Notes under the pieces: generated by a model | The model's input: only the letters and a program-made list of their open reading frames with translations | Told to the model about the DNA's origin: nothing | Database searches by the model: none | Virus record (IMG/VR): IMGVR_UViG_3300044712_001255 | Location: 124,001-188,000 of that record | Reading direction: 5' to 3' (one strand) | Length of the DNA stretch: 64,000 bases | Program-made: the position numbers and the translations under genes | Shown here: positions 37,115-46,347 of the stretch, piece by piece | How the letters are laid out: each line of letters opens with the position of its first letter | Position numbering within the stretch: the first letter of the stretch is position 1

Positions 37115-37919
37115 TGGAGCTAACTTTTTACATCGTGCTCGTGCCGGATTTGCACATGGCGAACATGCCCTGGTGTTTACGTTCTTTCGCAATCTGCGTG
37201 CCCTGGTCGGTCAGATGCAGCCTGAACGCGTCATCTTTTGTCGCGAAGGTCATCCAAAGCATCGCTACGCCGCACTTCCAGAATACAAGGCTAATCGCAT
37301 AGTTGAAGCAGATTCTCCAAAGGCTCGAGAGATGGAGGATTTTCATCGTCAATGCAAGATTGTCATTGACTTGATGAGTGAGTGCTTCCCAATCTCCGTG
37401 ATGAAGCACCCCGACTTTGAGTGTGATGACTTGATCTACAACATCATTGCTAATGGCGCATCAAGCACTGAATACGTCGTGGTGTCAAATGATTCAGACT
37501 TCACGCAGCTGCCTCAGCAGTTTGGTAATGCCAAGGTGTACAATCCAATGAAGAAGCAGTACGTCGTTCCACCCACGTATGATTACGTGACATGGAAGGC
37601 GCTTCGTGGAGATGGGTCTGATAACATTCCTGGCATTCCCGGGTGTGGTGATAAGACTGCGACGATGCTTGCCGAGAACGAAGACAAGCTCAAGGCTTAC
37701 TTCACCGAAGATCCAGAACGAGCTCGCATCTTTTCTCGCAATCACGATCTCATTTCCTTCCATCGCTTCAATGACGAGGAATTGATGCAAGTAACCTGTT
37801 CAGCACCATCTCGAGACTGGGACGTTGTCAAGACGGCATTTGAAGGTTGGAACTTCCAATCGTTGCTCGTCGAAAAAACGTGGGCCAAATTCATTGGCAC
37901 TTTTGATGCGTTGTGGTGA
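37095..37919 (+). CDS. 5'-3' exonuclease / flap endonuclease (PolI N-terminal, T4 RNase H-like)
   Basis: IIDGAN, EYKANR, ECDD, SNDSDF, GDGSDNIPGIPG.G.KTA. Confidence 0.92.
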   Translation: MSIMIIDGANFLHRARAGFAHGEHALVFTFFRNLRALVGQMQPERVIFCREGHPKHRYAALPEYKANRIVEADSPKAREMEDFHRQCKIVIDLMSECFPISVMKHPDFECDDLIYNIIANGASSTEYVVVSNDSDFTQLPQQFGNAKVYNPMKKQYVVPPTYDYVTWKALRGDGSDNIPGIPGCGDKTATMLAENEDKLKAYFTEDPERARIFSRNHDLISFHRFNDEELMQVTCSAPSRDWDVVKTAFEGWNFQSLLVEKTWAKFIGTFDALW

Positions 37920-38188
37920 CAACAATGAAGCGTAAGCGTAAGAAGGCAGCTGATTACAACGTAGACATCAAATTTGATGAACTCAACTTGATCAATGACC
38001 CAGTCGCGGCAGAAGGCGCCCGATTCGGAGCGCTGTGTGAACCCAAAAGCGTTGAACAGGTGGTGAATCCGCGTTGTGATGTGTGTCTTGATACGGGTGT
38101 CATCGCTGTTCCTGTGTTTGGCATCGAAAGATCATTGGTTTACTACAACATTTGTATATGTGAAGCACGCAAAGACGTTTTGCATTGA
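37913..38188 (+). CDS. Small Cys-containing hypothetical protein
   Basis: CDVC...CIC. Confidence 0.45.
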   Translation: MVTTMKRKRKKAADYNVDIKFDELNLINDPVAAEGARFGALCEPKSVEQVVNPRCDVCLDTGVIAVPVFGIERSLVYYNICICEARKDVLH

Positions 38189-38201
38189 ATAGGAAACGAA
38201 T

Positions 38202-39227
38202 ATGAAGCACATTTCATGGTGTGATATCGAGAATTTTCATACGCTACGTAAGACGCTCGACAAGTACCCTGAGCTGCTGCGCGGCCGCAAGAAGGTTACG
38301 TATCGTGGTAAGGTGAAGCTGCATGGTACCAACGCTGCAATTCAGTACGTGGGTGGTAAGGTGATTGCGCAGTCTCGTACTCAGATCATCAGCCCTGGAA
38401 ATGACAACTGTGGATTTGCGGCGTGGGTTGAAACATTTCGTGAAGAGCTTGAAAAGAAGTTGAACTCAAGCAGCTGTTCTTCGTTTGTGATTTATGGTGA
38501 ATGGTGTGGTCCTGGCATCATGAAGGGCGTCGCCGTCAATCAAATCCCTGAAAAGCAATTCGCAGTATTTGGTGCTCGACTTGTAGATCATAAAGGCGCA
38601 CCGTTCAATGAAATGGGATTTTTGTATCTTCCCACGACATTGCAAATCGTTATTGATAAAACATGGAATGTTCCATGCAAGATTCTGCCGTGGTACGGTG
38701 ATGAAATAACGATCGACTTTTCATCGAGTTCTGAAGAGCTCAATGAACAGCTCGTCGCAGTAAATGAAGCTGTGGCAGCAGTTGAAGCGTGCGATCCGTG
38801 GGTTGAAGAGAATTTCGGCGTCAAGGGAATTGGCGAGGGAATCGTCTATTACCCGGTGTCTCTTGGCGATGATACCACAAATTACAAGATCGCTACTGAT
38901 TTGATGTTTAAAGCTAAGGGCGAGCAGCACAAGGTTGTCACAAAGTCTAAGGCAGCACAGGCTGATCCTGCCGTAGCAGAGTCAGCTGCCGAGTTTGCTC
39001 GCATGGTGTTGCCGCTACCACGCCTCGAGCAGGGCGCTCGAGCTGTGAATCGTGGCGAGTTCAAGTGCGACATGAAGTTGATTGGTCCGTTTTTGAAGTG
39101 GGTCAATGAAGACATTGCAAAGGAATGCGATGCTGAGCTCGAGGCCAGCGGTATCGATCGAAAGGTAGCAATGAAGGCATGTTCTGACTTTGCGAGAACG
39201 TGGTACATGACAGAATCACGAAAGTGA
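38202..39227 (+). CDS. RNA ligase (Rnl2-like)
   Basis: KLHGTN (I), YGEWCG (III), FAVF, GEGIV (IV), FKAK (V). Confidence 0.85.
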   Translation: MKHISWCDIENFHTLRKTLDKYPELLRGRKKVTYRGKVKLHGTNAAIQYVGGKVIAQSRTQIISPGNDNCGFAAWVETFREELEKKLNSSSCSSFVIYGEWCGPGIMKGVAVNQIPEKQFAVFGARLVDHKGAPFNEMGFLYLPTTLQIVIDKTWNVPCKILPWYGDEITIDFSSSSEELNEQLVAVNEAVAAVEACDPWVEENFGVKGIGEGIVYYPVSLGDDTTNYKIATDLMFKAKGEQHKVVTKSKAAQADPAVAESAAEFARMVLPLPRLEQGARAVNRGEFKCDMKLIGPFLKWVNEDIAKECDAELEASGIDRKVAMKACSDFARTWYMTESRK

Positions 39228-39566
39228 TTGATGATCATCACAAACCCTCTTCCAACACACCCGTTGATTTGGGACTCAATAAACCCAGGCGATAGTTTTT
39301 ACTGGGTTTATTGGGAAGGTGCCCTTGCGAAAAAGTCTGTCACAAAAGACGAATTGTTGTTTTCGTCAGAAGAGAATTCGTGGGTTGGTCCAATTGATGG
39401 CATGTGTCTGTTGATTGCAAAGACGCCAACGCATGTTAGATTTTTGAACAGCGAAGGACGTCTCATTCGTGTATTGGCGGCTGACACAATGGTGCCTATG
39501 CGAAATGGAGAATCACCGTCAGCTGTGCCAGTTCTGCTGAGCGTTGACTCATTGAACCATACCTAA
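39228..39566 (+). CDS. Distant member of the PGD small beta-barrel family
   Basis: INPGDSFYW...W.GPI...CLLIAK...FLNSEG; lacks the CRISPR-like repeat. Confidence 0.55.
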   Translation: MMIITNPLPTHPLIWDSINPGDSFYWVYWEGALAKKSVTKDELLFSSEENSWVGPIDGMCLLIAKTPTHVRFLNSEGRLIRVLAADTMVPMRNGESPSAVPVLLSVDSLNHT

Positions 39567-39570
39567 TTCC

Positions 39571-40002
39571 ATGAGGGCGTTAGACATCGTAGGATACGCA
39601 TGGGCAGCGCCTCTGACAATGCCTGCGTTGTCATATGTGTTATTATTTCAGGCACTTGGATGGTACGTGTATGTAGGCCGCCGTGGACATGCGTTTGTGT
39701 GGGTCACAGTGCCACGTAAGATGCCTCTGTTACTACGACGTTGGTGGCAAGGGCCGCCCAATGTTTATGGGCATTCGATTGGAAACGTTGTTGTAATTTC
39801 TGACAGCGAAAACAATGAGTTTTTCAACTACGTGCTTGCGCACGAGCAGGTTCATGTTCAACAAGCAATGCGTCTTGGAATCTGGATGCCGCTATTTTAC
39901 TGCATATTTTACTTGACGTGTTTGGCGCTTGACAATGTTGATTCTTATCGGGATAATCCCCTTGAAATTGACGCGCGCTTGGGGTCTAACCAAAAGCGCT
40001 AG
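39571..40002 (+). CDS. Membrane-associated HExxH metallopeptidase-like protein
   Basis: LAHEQVHVQQ, Y..NPLE..A; ATACCTA 5 nt upstream. Confidence 0.6.
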   Translation: MRALDIVGYAWAAPLTMPALSYVLLFQALGWYVYVGRRGHAFVWVTVPRKMPLLLRRWWQGPPNVYGHSIGNVVVISDSENNEFFNYVLAHEQVHVQQAMRLGIWMPLFYCIFYLTCLALDNVDSYRDNPLEIDARLGSNQKR

Positions 40003-40021
40003 CGCTGATTACAATTGACGT

Positions 40022-40834
40022 ATGGAAATTGCAGACAAGCTCACGCCTATCCCTGAGAAAGACTTCATACTGCTTGTTGCTCGATGTTGGGCAAAGTATT
40101 ACAATTTTCCGCCCAAAGTGGATCAGTTGGCGTGTTGTCTGTCGCAGATGGTACTTGAGTCTGGACGCGAAAATCGCAATGGCGTCATGATGTGGGGCAA
40201 GAGCGCCCACAATTACAACTGGGGAAACATCAAGTACTCTGGAGGAGAGCACTGGCAGTTCTACCCGGCAGGAGAATGGATCAAGGTTGATGGAAAACCG
40301 CAGTGGCAGATGTTTTACCCGCCGCACATACAGTGCAAGTTCCGCGCATTCCTCACGGCTGAGGACGGCACGATGGACTACATCGGGTTCCTAGAAAAGC
40401 GCGAGAATTATCGGGAGGCTTGGAATGATGGTGTCCTGGCTGGTGATCCTGTAAAATTCTCGTATGGCCTGAAGAAGGGCGGGTATTATACAGAACCTGT
40501 TGACAATTACACACGCACTGTCGTGAAACTGTTCAAGGAATTCCGTGGCAAAGTAGCTGACGTCTTGGGATCACCAGAAGCGTTAGACATATACGCGTCA
40601 GATTTCGAACGACGGGCTGCTATCATTGAAGCGCTCACTGCAAAACAGACTTGGGAAGAGTTACAGGCTTATGATGGTCCAACAAACGAAGATGTAATAG
40701 ATCGTCTGCCACCTCCACCTGCGCTGCCGAGTGAAGCAAACGCGGTGATTGAATACCGTAAGGGCTGGTCCATTGTGGACTTCATCATGTTCATCTTCAA
40801 GTTGATCATGGATGTCATGTCACGTCCTAAGTAA
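40022..40834 (+). CDS. Glucosaminidase/FlgJ-like peptidoglycan hydrolase (endolysin candidate)
   Basis: LESG, NYNWGNIK, FRAF, LKKGGYYT. Confidence 0.7.
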   Translation: MEIADKLTPIPEKDFILLVARCWAKYYNFPPKVDQLACCLSQMVLESGRENRNGVMMWGKSAHNYNWGNIKYSGGEHWQFYPAGEWIKVDGKPQWQMFYPPHIQCKFRAFLTAEDGTMDYIGFLEKRENYREAWNDGVLAGDPVKFSYGLKKGGYYTEPVDNYTRTVVKLFKEFRGKVADVLGSPEALDIYASDFERRAAIIEALTAKQTWEELQAYDGPTNEDVIDRLPPPPALPSEANAVIEYRKGWSIVDFIMFIFKLIMDVMSRPK

Positions 40835-41403
40835 TGGCTATGATTCATCGCGCAAATAAACTGTTCGAACAAGTCGTCAGACACATTCTTGCAGAAGAAA
40901 CACCAGCCTGGCCGGCTGTAACGCCCAAACCTGCTGGAGGAAGAGACCAAGTGTCACCCGCACGCACAAACTACGATAATCTCGTATCAAATACGCCGCT
41001 TTCACCCGGCGAAGGACATCTCAACCTTGATGAGCCCACTCGTCGGGCAGCATGTTGTTTGATCATTCGTAGCGATGGCAAGGTTCTTGCTGTATCGAGA
41101 AAGTACGACAAGAACGCAATGGGTTTACCTGGTGGAAAAGTGGACCCCGGCGAGACTCCCGAACTCGCTGCCGCTCGAGAACTCGAGGAAGAGACCGGCC
41201 TCACTGCAACTCGGCTGAATCCCGTATTCTCTCGCGTCGATGACGACGGTTATGAGACGACCACGTTCGAATGTGATGTTGATGATGTAGACGATATTCA
41301 CACTGACGAAGCAGGTCGAGTTGCATGGGTCACTTGGGAGAAGCTCCTCGATGGACCATTTGGCGATTACAACCTTGCTTTGAAGAACACAGTGGGTGCA
41401 TAA
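40834..41403 (+). CDS. NUDIX hydrolase
   Basis: PGGKVDPGETPELAAARELEEETGL. Confidence 0.9.
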   Translation: MAMIHRANKLFEQVVRHILAEETPAWPAVTPKPAGGRDQVSPARTNYDNLVSNTPLSPGEGHLNLDEPTRRAACCLIIRSDGKVLAVSRKYDKNAMGLPGGKVDPGETPELAAARELEEETGLTATRLNPVFSRVDDDGYETTTFECDVDDVDDIHTDEAGRVAWVTWEKLLDGPFGDYNLALKNTVGA

Positions 41404-41444
41404 TTGTACTGTAAAAATCAACACTTTGTGCGTATGATGTGTCA

Positions 41445-41993
41445 ATGGCTGACAAAAAGTACATTTGTGTGATTGATACTGAGACGACTGGCCTTGATCC
41501 CAAGGTACATGAGATCATAGACCTTTGCTTCGTGCGTCTATCATTTGAACCCGGTCCGCGGTGGAAGGAGACCATTGAGGAAGAGGGTCGTGTTGCTTGC
41601 AAAACGTTTCCAACAAATCCTAATGTTGATCCAACTGTTGCCGCAATCAACGGGTATGACGCCGCTCTGTGGGCTAAGGAGGCTGTGACTCTCCCAACTG
41701 CTCTTTACAACGCGCTTCCTCTAATGAAGGACGCATATCACATCGGTAGCAAGCCTTCATTTGATATTTCATTCATTGAAGCTGCGCTCGAGCGCCTTCA
41801 CTGGCAGCTTCCTCGCCTCGCAGGACACCACGCAATTGACATGGTATCGTCATTTGCATCTCTGTGGTTTGAGGGAAAGATCAAGAAGATTGGTCAGTCA
41901 TACGTGATGTCAACGCTCATTCCAGATGAGAAACAGCGTCATACTGCAGAAGAAGACGTCAACAACCTGATTGAAATGTTGAAGTTCCTGTGA
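41445..41993 (+). CDS. DEDDh 3'-5' exonuclease (DnaQ-like)
   Basis: IDTETTGL, FD..F, HTAEEDV. Confidence 0.88.
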   Translation: MADKKYICVIDTETTGLDPKVHEIIDLCFVRLSFEPGPRWKETIEEEGRVACKTFPTNPNVDPTVAAINGYDAALWAKEAVTLPTALYNALPLMKDAYHIGSKPSFDISFIEAALERLHWQLPRLAGHHAIDMVSSFASLWFEGKIKKIGQSYVMSTLIPDEKQRHTAEEDVNNLIEMLKFL

Positions 41994-42430
41994 TGAAACG
42001 TGGGTGGATTCCATCAAGAAGCCCGTATAGTCTTATACAAGAAGACGTTTGGTCACCAACGAACGGTGGATGGTTGGTGCTTGTGTCTTGCGTGCTGTTG
42101 AATTGCACGACTCGCAAGCAAGTCCAGAAAGTGATGCCACGATTTCATCACGATTGGAATTCACCCGCAAAGTTTCTCCTTGCTGATGTTGATGATGTGC
42201 AGAATACGATCAAGTGTCTTGGATTTGGGTCTCGGCGGACACTTAGACTTCGAGACCTTGCACAAGACATGCTCGCTGGTTTCACTGATCCTCGAGAACT
42301 GCGCGGTATTGGAGAATACTCTGCACGTTCGTATGAGATATTTTGCTTAGGAAAGTTGGGAGATGAAGAACCCAGTGACGGCTCACTTGGGCGATATTGG
42401 CGATGGGCGAAGAGAAATCTTTCCAGGTGA
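41990..42430 (+). CDS. MBD4-like HhH DNA glycosylase
   Basis: WIPSRSPYSLIQE, LLN.T, LG, ELRGIGEY..RSYEIFC, PSD..L..Y. Confidence 0.8.
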   Translation: MMKRGWIPSRSPYSLIQEDVWSPTNGGWLVLVSCVLLNCTTRKQVQKVMPRFHHDWNSPAKFLLADVDDVQNTIKCLGFGSRRTLRLRDLAQDMLAGFTDPRELRGIGEYSARSYEIFCLGKLGDEEPSDGSLGRYWRWAKRNLSR

Positions 42431-43164
42431 TATGTGCATTGTCGCCGACAGAGTTCCATTTTTTGACGTAGAATTTACATCAATTATACCTGTGAGTTAC
42501 CCATTGCCACCCATGCTTGTTATTTCAACGCGTGCAAAAGTAGTTGATGGTTGCGTAACGGTATTGTTGAATGGACGATTACTGCTAGTGATCGCAAGAG
42601 CTTTGTCAAGGATTTTCTAATGAACGAGTTGAAAGATGGTGATGCCGTCGTCACAGTTCGTGTTCTTCGTATAAGAGCAGAAAATGGTGAAATAGTTACA
42701 ATTCCTGAGAACACGTTGTGCATCGTTTTAGAAGCTGATAGCGAACAACGTGTTCTAGCTGATAACGTAATGTCAATTACGTCAGCCTGTTACGTGTTGC
42801 CGAACAACTATCACAGTCCATTCTTCGTAAGTTCACATTTTTTACGATTGGCATTCACATGAGCAAGTGCTATATCAACCCAGGCGATATCGTGATTGCT
42901 AAACATGATTCGCAAATCGTGCCAGTGGATAGTGGTCCAATATGGATAGTCCAACAGCAAACTCACTTTTTGCTCATTGCACTAAATTGTGATACCATTG
43001 TTAAACAGCATGATTTTACAACACCAACGTACCCCGCTGCTCGTGATCTTGCAGATCCCTGTGTCGTGTTGTATGAAGGCAGACTGTGTATTATGTCACG
43101 TAATAATCTGTGCAGAGTAGATTTTTCAAGTCGCAAGAGATTTGAACGTACAAGAAGGCGGTAA
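42363..43164 (+). other. Three tandem small PGD/DGD beta-barrel-like ORFs (42363-42620, 42620-42862, 42859-43164)
   Basis: FPGDMCIV, LKDGDAVV and INPGDIVI N-terminal motifs; coupled stops and starts. Confidence 0.5.
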
Positions 43165-43166
43165 CC

Positions 43167-43631
43167 ATGAACGATACTCTACGTAAGCGTCCTGAACGCA
43201 AGAAGAAAGAGAAGAGCAAAGTAGCAAAGACGTCCTTTGGTACAATGAAGAGCTTTGACCCAAGGACCGCGTCAGCTGATGACATGTGTTTCAAGGTCAA
43301 TGAGGCGGGAGAGCGTGTATTTGATGCAAAAGTTGGTGAACGTGTCATAGTGCAACGCTTCAATTCATGCGCCGAGGGAAAATATGACTTTGATGTTGGA
43401 ATCATCAAAGCAATTGAAGACGACGGCACCGTAAAGTTTTGGGACGAAACAAAGGAACAATGGTTCTATTTCGATTGGTGCCATGAAAACATTCCGCTTG
43501 TGTTCAAGGTGGATGAAGCCAGTATCAGGAAGTTCAGCAAGCGCAAGCGACGTTCCAAGGTAGAAGAGCAGCGCGAAGAGGGTATCGCAGCAGTAGAGGC
43601 CCTAATTGAACAAAGCGAAGAAGACGAGTGA
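43167..43631 (+). CDS. Hypothetical protein (SH3-like core, basic ends)
   Basis: AKVGERVIV...GII..IE.DG.V. Confidence 0.55.
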   Translation: MNDTLRKRPERKKKEKSKVAKTSFGTMKSFDPRTASADDMCFKVNEAGERVFDAKVGERVIVQRFNSCAEGKYDFDVGIIKAIEDDGTVKFWDETKEQWFYFDWCHENIPLVFKVDEASIRKFSKRKRRSKVEEQREEGIAAVEALIEQSEEDE

Positions 43632-43926
43632 TGAGGCAAGCGCTTGGTACAACATAGATCCTGGCGATCTTTTTGAGTGGCGATTTGCCTATGTTTACAA
43701 CAGGGGTGGTCGCACATTGGCGCCAAAAAATATCGAAATATGGATAAGCGCTAATGATGATAGTCCAATTGGTGAATGGTATCCTGCGTCTCGTCCGTGT
43801 CTGCTGATTTCAAAGACGTCGCGTTCTGTATCGTACGTTAGTAACGGCAAATTTGCTAACATTGACGCCACAATTTGCGAATTTGCGTCAACAGCGGGAC
43901 CAGTCGTACCTGTTCCGTGTTGGTAA
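43606..43926 (+). CDS. Distant member of the PGD family
   Basis: IDPGDLFEW...W.P...PCLLISK...VVP; no repeat. Confidence 0.5.
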   Translation: MNKAKKTSDEASAWYNIDPGDLFEWRFAYVYNRGGRTLAPKNIEIWISANDDSPIGEWYPASRPCLLISKTSRSVSYVSNGKFANIDATICEFASTAGPVVPVPCW

Positions 43927-43962
43927 GTTAGTGTGTAAATAAGACACCGAGTAGGTAGATTC

Positions 43963-45471
43963 ATGCCATCAAGGAAAAAACGTTTGCTCTACAGAAGCAC
44001 GTCAATTTTCGGCAGAGCACCACGACCAACAAAAGAAATGAACCCACCCATGAAAATGAAGCGCAAGAAGTTTGATCCTGACATCAACCAAATGGATTCG
44101 CTTGTCAATGGCGCGACCGTGTCCAACATTCGTTGGCTTGCCAACAAGTACTATGCGTCTGGAATCCCGGAAGCCCTTGAGACTTGTGGCGCAGTGCTCG
44201 ATAAGATTGCGCCCTTTGCTGAAAAGCCTGGCATTTTCACCGCAGGTCGATCGATGTTGGGTCTCCTTGAGCTCTTTGGTGATAACAACGCCGTGTGGTC
44301 TGATTGTTACTTTGACGACAAGTCAGAGTGGGTTGAGCCATTCAGCTCTGCGTTGTTGCGTATGATTGTCAATGTTGCGTCCGAGTTTCCTTATGAGGTC
44401 ATTCGCCCAAAGGATAATTCCAAGACGTCGGCAATCAAGGTCGTTGACTTTGATGGTGTAAAGGTTGGGTGGAATGTCGTTGCGTCGTCTCCTGATTTGA
44501 TGCCATTCTCCATCTACGTTGAGGTGGGCGGAGTCGATCATGTCAAGGCAATCTTGAAGGACAAGATGTGGCACCAATACGGCGACAAGTCATTGGTGTT
44601 GAACCAGACGCACAATGTTATGAATGACTCCACAAAGGTGGAGATCAAGGTTGACGACCTTGTTGATGCACTTCCGAGCGGGCCCGCCGCTCGCCACGCT
44701 CGAAACTTTGAGAAGGCGTTTGCAGTCAATGAGCATCGATCATTGTTCCTGTATGGGCCTCCCGGGTCTGGTAAGAGCACCATGGCTCGACAAATTGCCA
44801 AGGAGCTCAACCTGCGAAGCATCAGGTTCAAGGTACAGTGCATCAATGACAACGTCGGCACGCTGCAGGACATTGTTGAAATCTTTCAACCAGGGTGCAT
44901 CATCATTGATGACTTTGATCGTGCAGCAGACCCAGCAGTGCAGCTCGACCTGATCTCTCACATCAGGAAGACTGTGCCGCTTATCATTGCCACTGCGAAC
45001 GATCGCAATGCGCTCGATGAGGCGCTGCTGCGGCCTGAGCGCTTTGATGAGCTTGAGTTCGTCAAGCAACTCGATGAGGGCGTGATTCGCAACATGCTTG
45101 GGCAGTATGCCGATGAAGCATATGACCAGGTAAAGGATTGGCCGATTGTCTTCATCAATGACTATGTGCGTCGGCGCAAGTGGTTGTCTGCCGAGGAGGC
45201 CGTTGAGGCTATGCGCGAGCTCTCTCGGCGTGTTGCTCGACTGTCGTCTTATGATGATGACGATGCGTTCAATAGTGCTGAATCCATCAGGCGCCTCTTG
45301 AAGACTTCTGGCGGCAAGCGTCGGTTGAAGATGTCGACCGCTGCTTCGAATCGAGTGCCAGCGCCACCCGGGCTCAGTGACCCTGCGTTGCAAGCTCTGC
45401 TTGAGCAGATTAACGACGGCGATAGCGAAGATGAATCTTACGCCGAGGAAGAATGCAACTTTGTGAAATAA
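43963..45471 (+). CDS. AAA+ ATPase
   Basis: Walker A GPPGSGKST, Walker B IIIDDFD, SRH LDEALLRPERFD. Confidence 0.88.
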   Translation: MPSRKKRLLYRSTSIFGRAPRPTKEMNPPMKMKRKKFDPDINQMDSLVNGATVSNIRWLANKYYASGIPEALETCGAVLDKIAPFAEKPGIFTAGRSMLGLLELFGDNNAVWSDCYFDDKSEWVEPFSSALLRMIVNVASEFPYEVIRPKDNSKTSAIKVVDFDGVKVGWNVVASSPDLMPFSIYVEVGGVDHVKAILKDKMWHQYGDKSLVLNQTHNVMNDSTKVEIKVDDLVDALPSGPAARHARNFEKAFAVNEHRSLFLYGPPGSGKSTMARQIAKELNLRSIRFKVQCINDNVGTLQDIVEIFQPGCIIIDDFDRAADPAVQLDLISHIRKTVPLIIATANDRNALDEALLRPERFDELEFVKQLDEGVIRNMLGQYADEAYDQVKDWPIVFINDYVRRRKWLSAEEAVEAMRELSRRVARLSSYDDDDAFNSAESIRRLLKTSGGKRRLKMSTAASNRVPAPPGLSDPALQALLEQINDGDSEDESYAEEECNFVK

Positions 45472-45956
45472 TCGCTGAACGGTTCAGAGCAAACAAATCA
45501 ACACAAGTGCATGTGTTGAATGCGGAATTAAAGCTTCCGCTTGGCACTCGAATCATCTCTGACATTGGATACGTTGTTGGGTTGGATGTTGGGTTGGATG
45601 TGTTAGATGATTTCACGCTCCGGCGCGTAGACGTTGGATCTACGCGTGGAAGACTTATCGCGACATACCAAGTTCAAATGCCCGTAACGCGAGTACGACA
45701 AAACTGGCAATGGGGTCCTGAAGTCATCGAAGGAACTGAAACCATACGTTGCGATGAACACGAGCTAGAACTAGTTGAGAATCAAGACATGGCAATGCCA
45801 CAAAATGCATACTATCCGCAATATAATGCAGGAACGACAATCCAGGCGTCAGTGGTGATGCCAATAAAAACAATACAGCACGAAGACAACGTATCTGTCG
45901 TGACTTCCGAAAAAGAAACACAACCCAAACAACAAAAGAAAGAAGAGAAACAAACA

Positions 45957-46346
45957 ATGGCAACTACAACTGTAACACCCGCTTCCCTGTTCGACATGGC
46001 CAAGTCTGACGTCAATGACGCACTGTATCGTACGGCAGCCACGCAGCTGACCAACGTCGTTGCTGGACTCGTTGCCGAGTTCCTGAAGGCTGAGGGCGCT
46101 GACGATGGCGTGCTGAAGTTCTTTGCGAATCAGGCAGAGAAGCCTCTTGGCAAGGCGCTAACGTCAGCCGTCATTGGCTACGGCCTGACCGCGCTGCCGC
46201 AGTACTCCAGCGATGCTCGAGTCACCAAGCTGTCGAAGGAGTTCCGCGTGGGTGGATTTGCCGGTGGGCTGAATGAGGTCGCAAACAAGATTGCACCCAA
46301 GCTGTTGCCTGCTGTCATGACGATCATCGAGGGATTGCCGGAGTGA
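45957..46346 (+). CDS. Hypothetical protein (upstream in-frame extension uncertain)
   Basis: A-rich RBS before ATG 45957; codon usage resembles highly expressed genes. Confidence 0.6.
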   Translation: MATTTVTPASLFDMAKSDVNDALYRTAATQLTNVVAGLVAEFLKAEGADDGVLKFFANQAEKPLGKALTSAVIGYGLTALPQYSSDARVTKLSKEFRVGGFAGGLNEVANKIAPKLLPAVMTIIEGLPE

Positions 46347-46347
46347 C

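Noticed and set aside
45576-45599. GTTGGGTTGGAT x2 tandem repeat
   Set aside because: A simple two-copy slippage duplication with no further structure.
45453-45956. N-terminal 168 codons of ORF 45453-46346
   Set aside because: It overlaps the AAA gene end and a clear RBS precedes ATG 45957; it may be coding but is unsupported.
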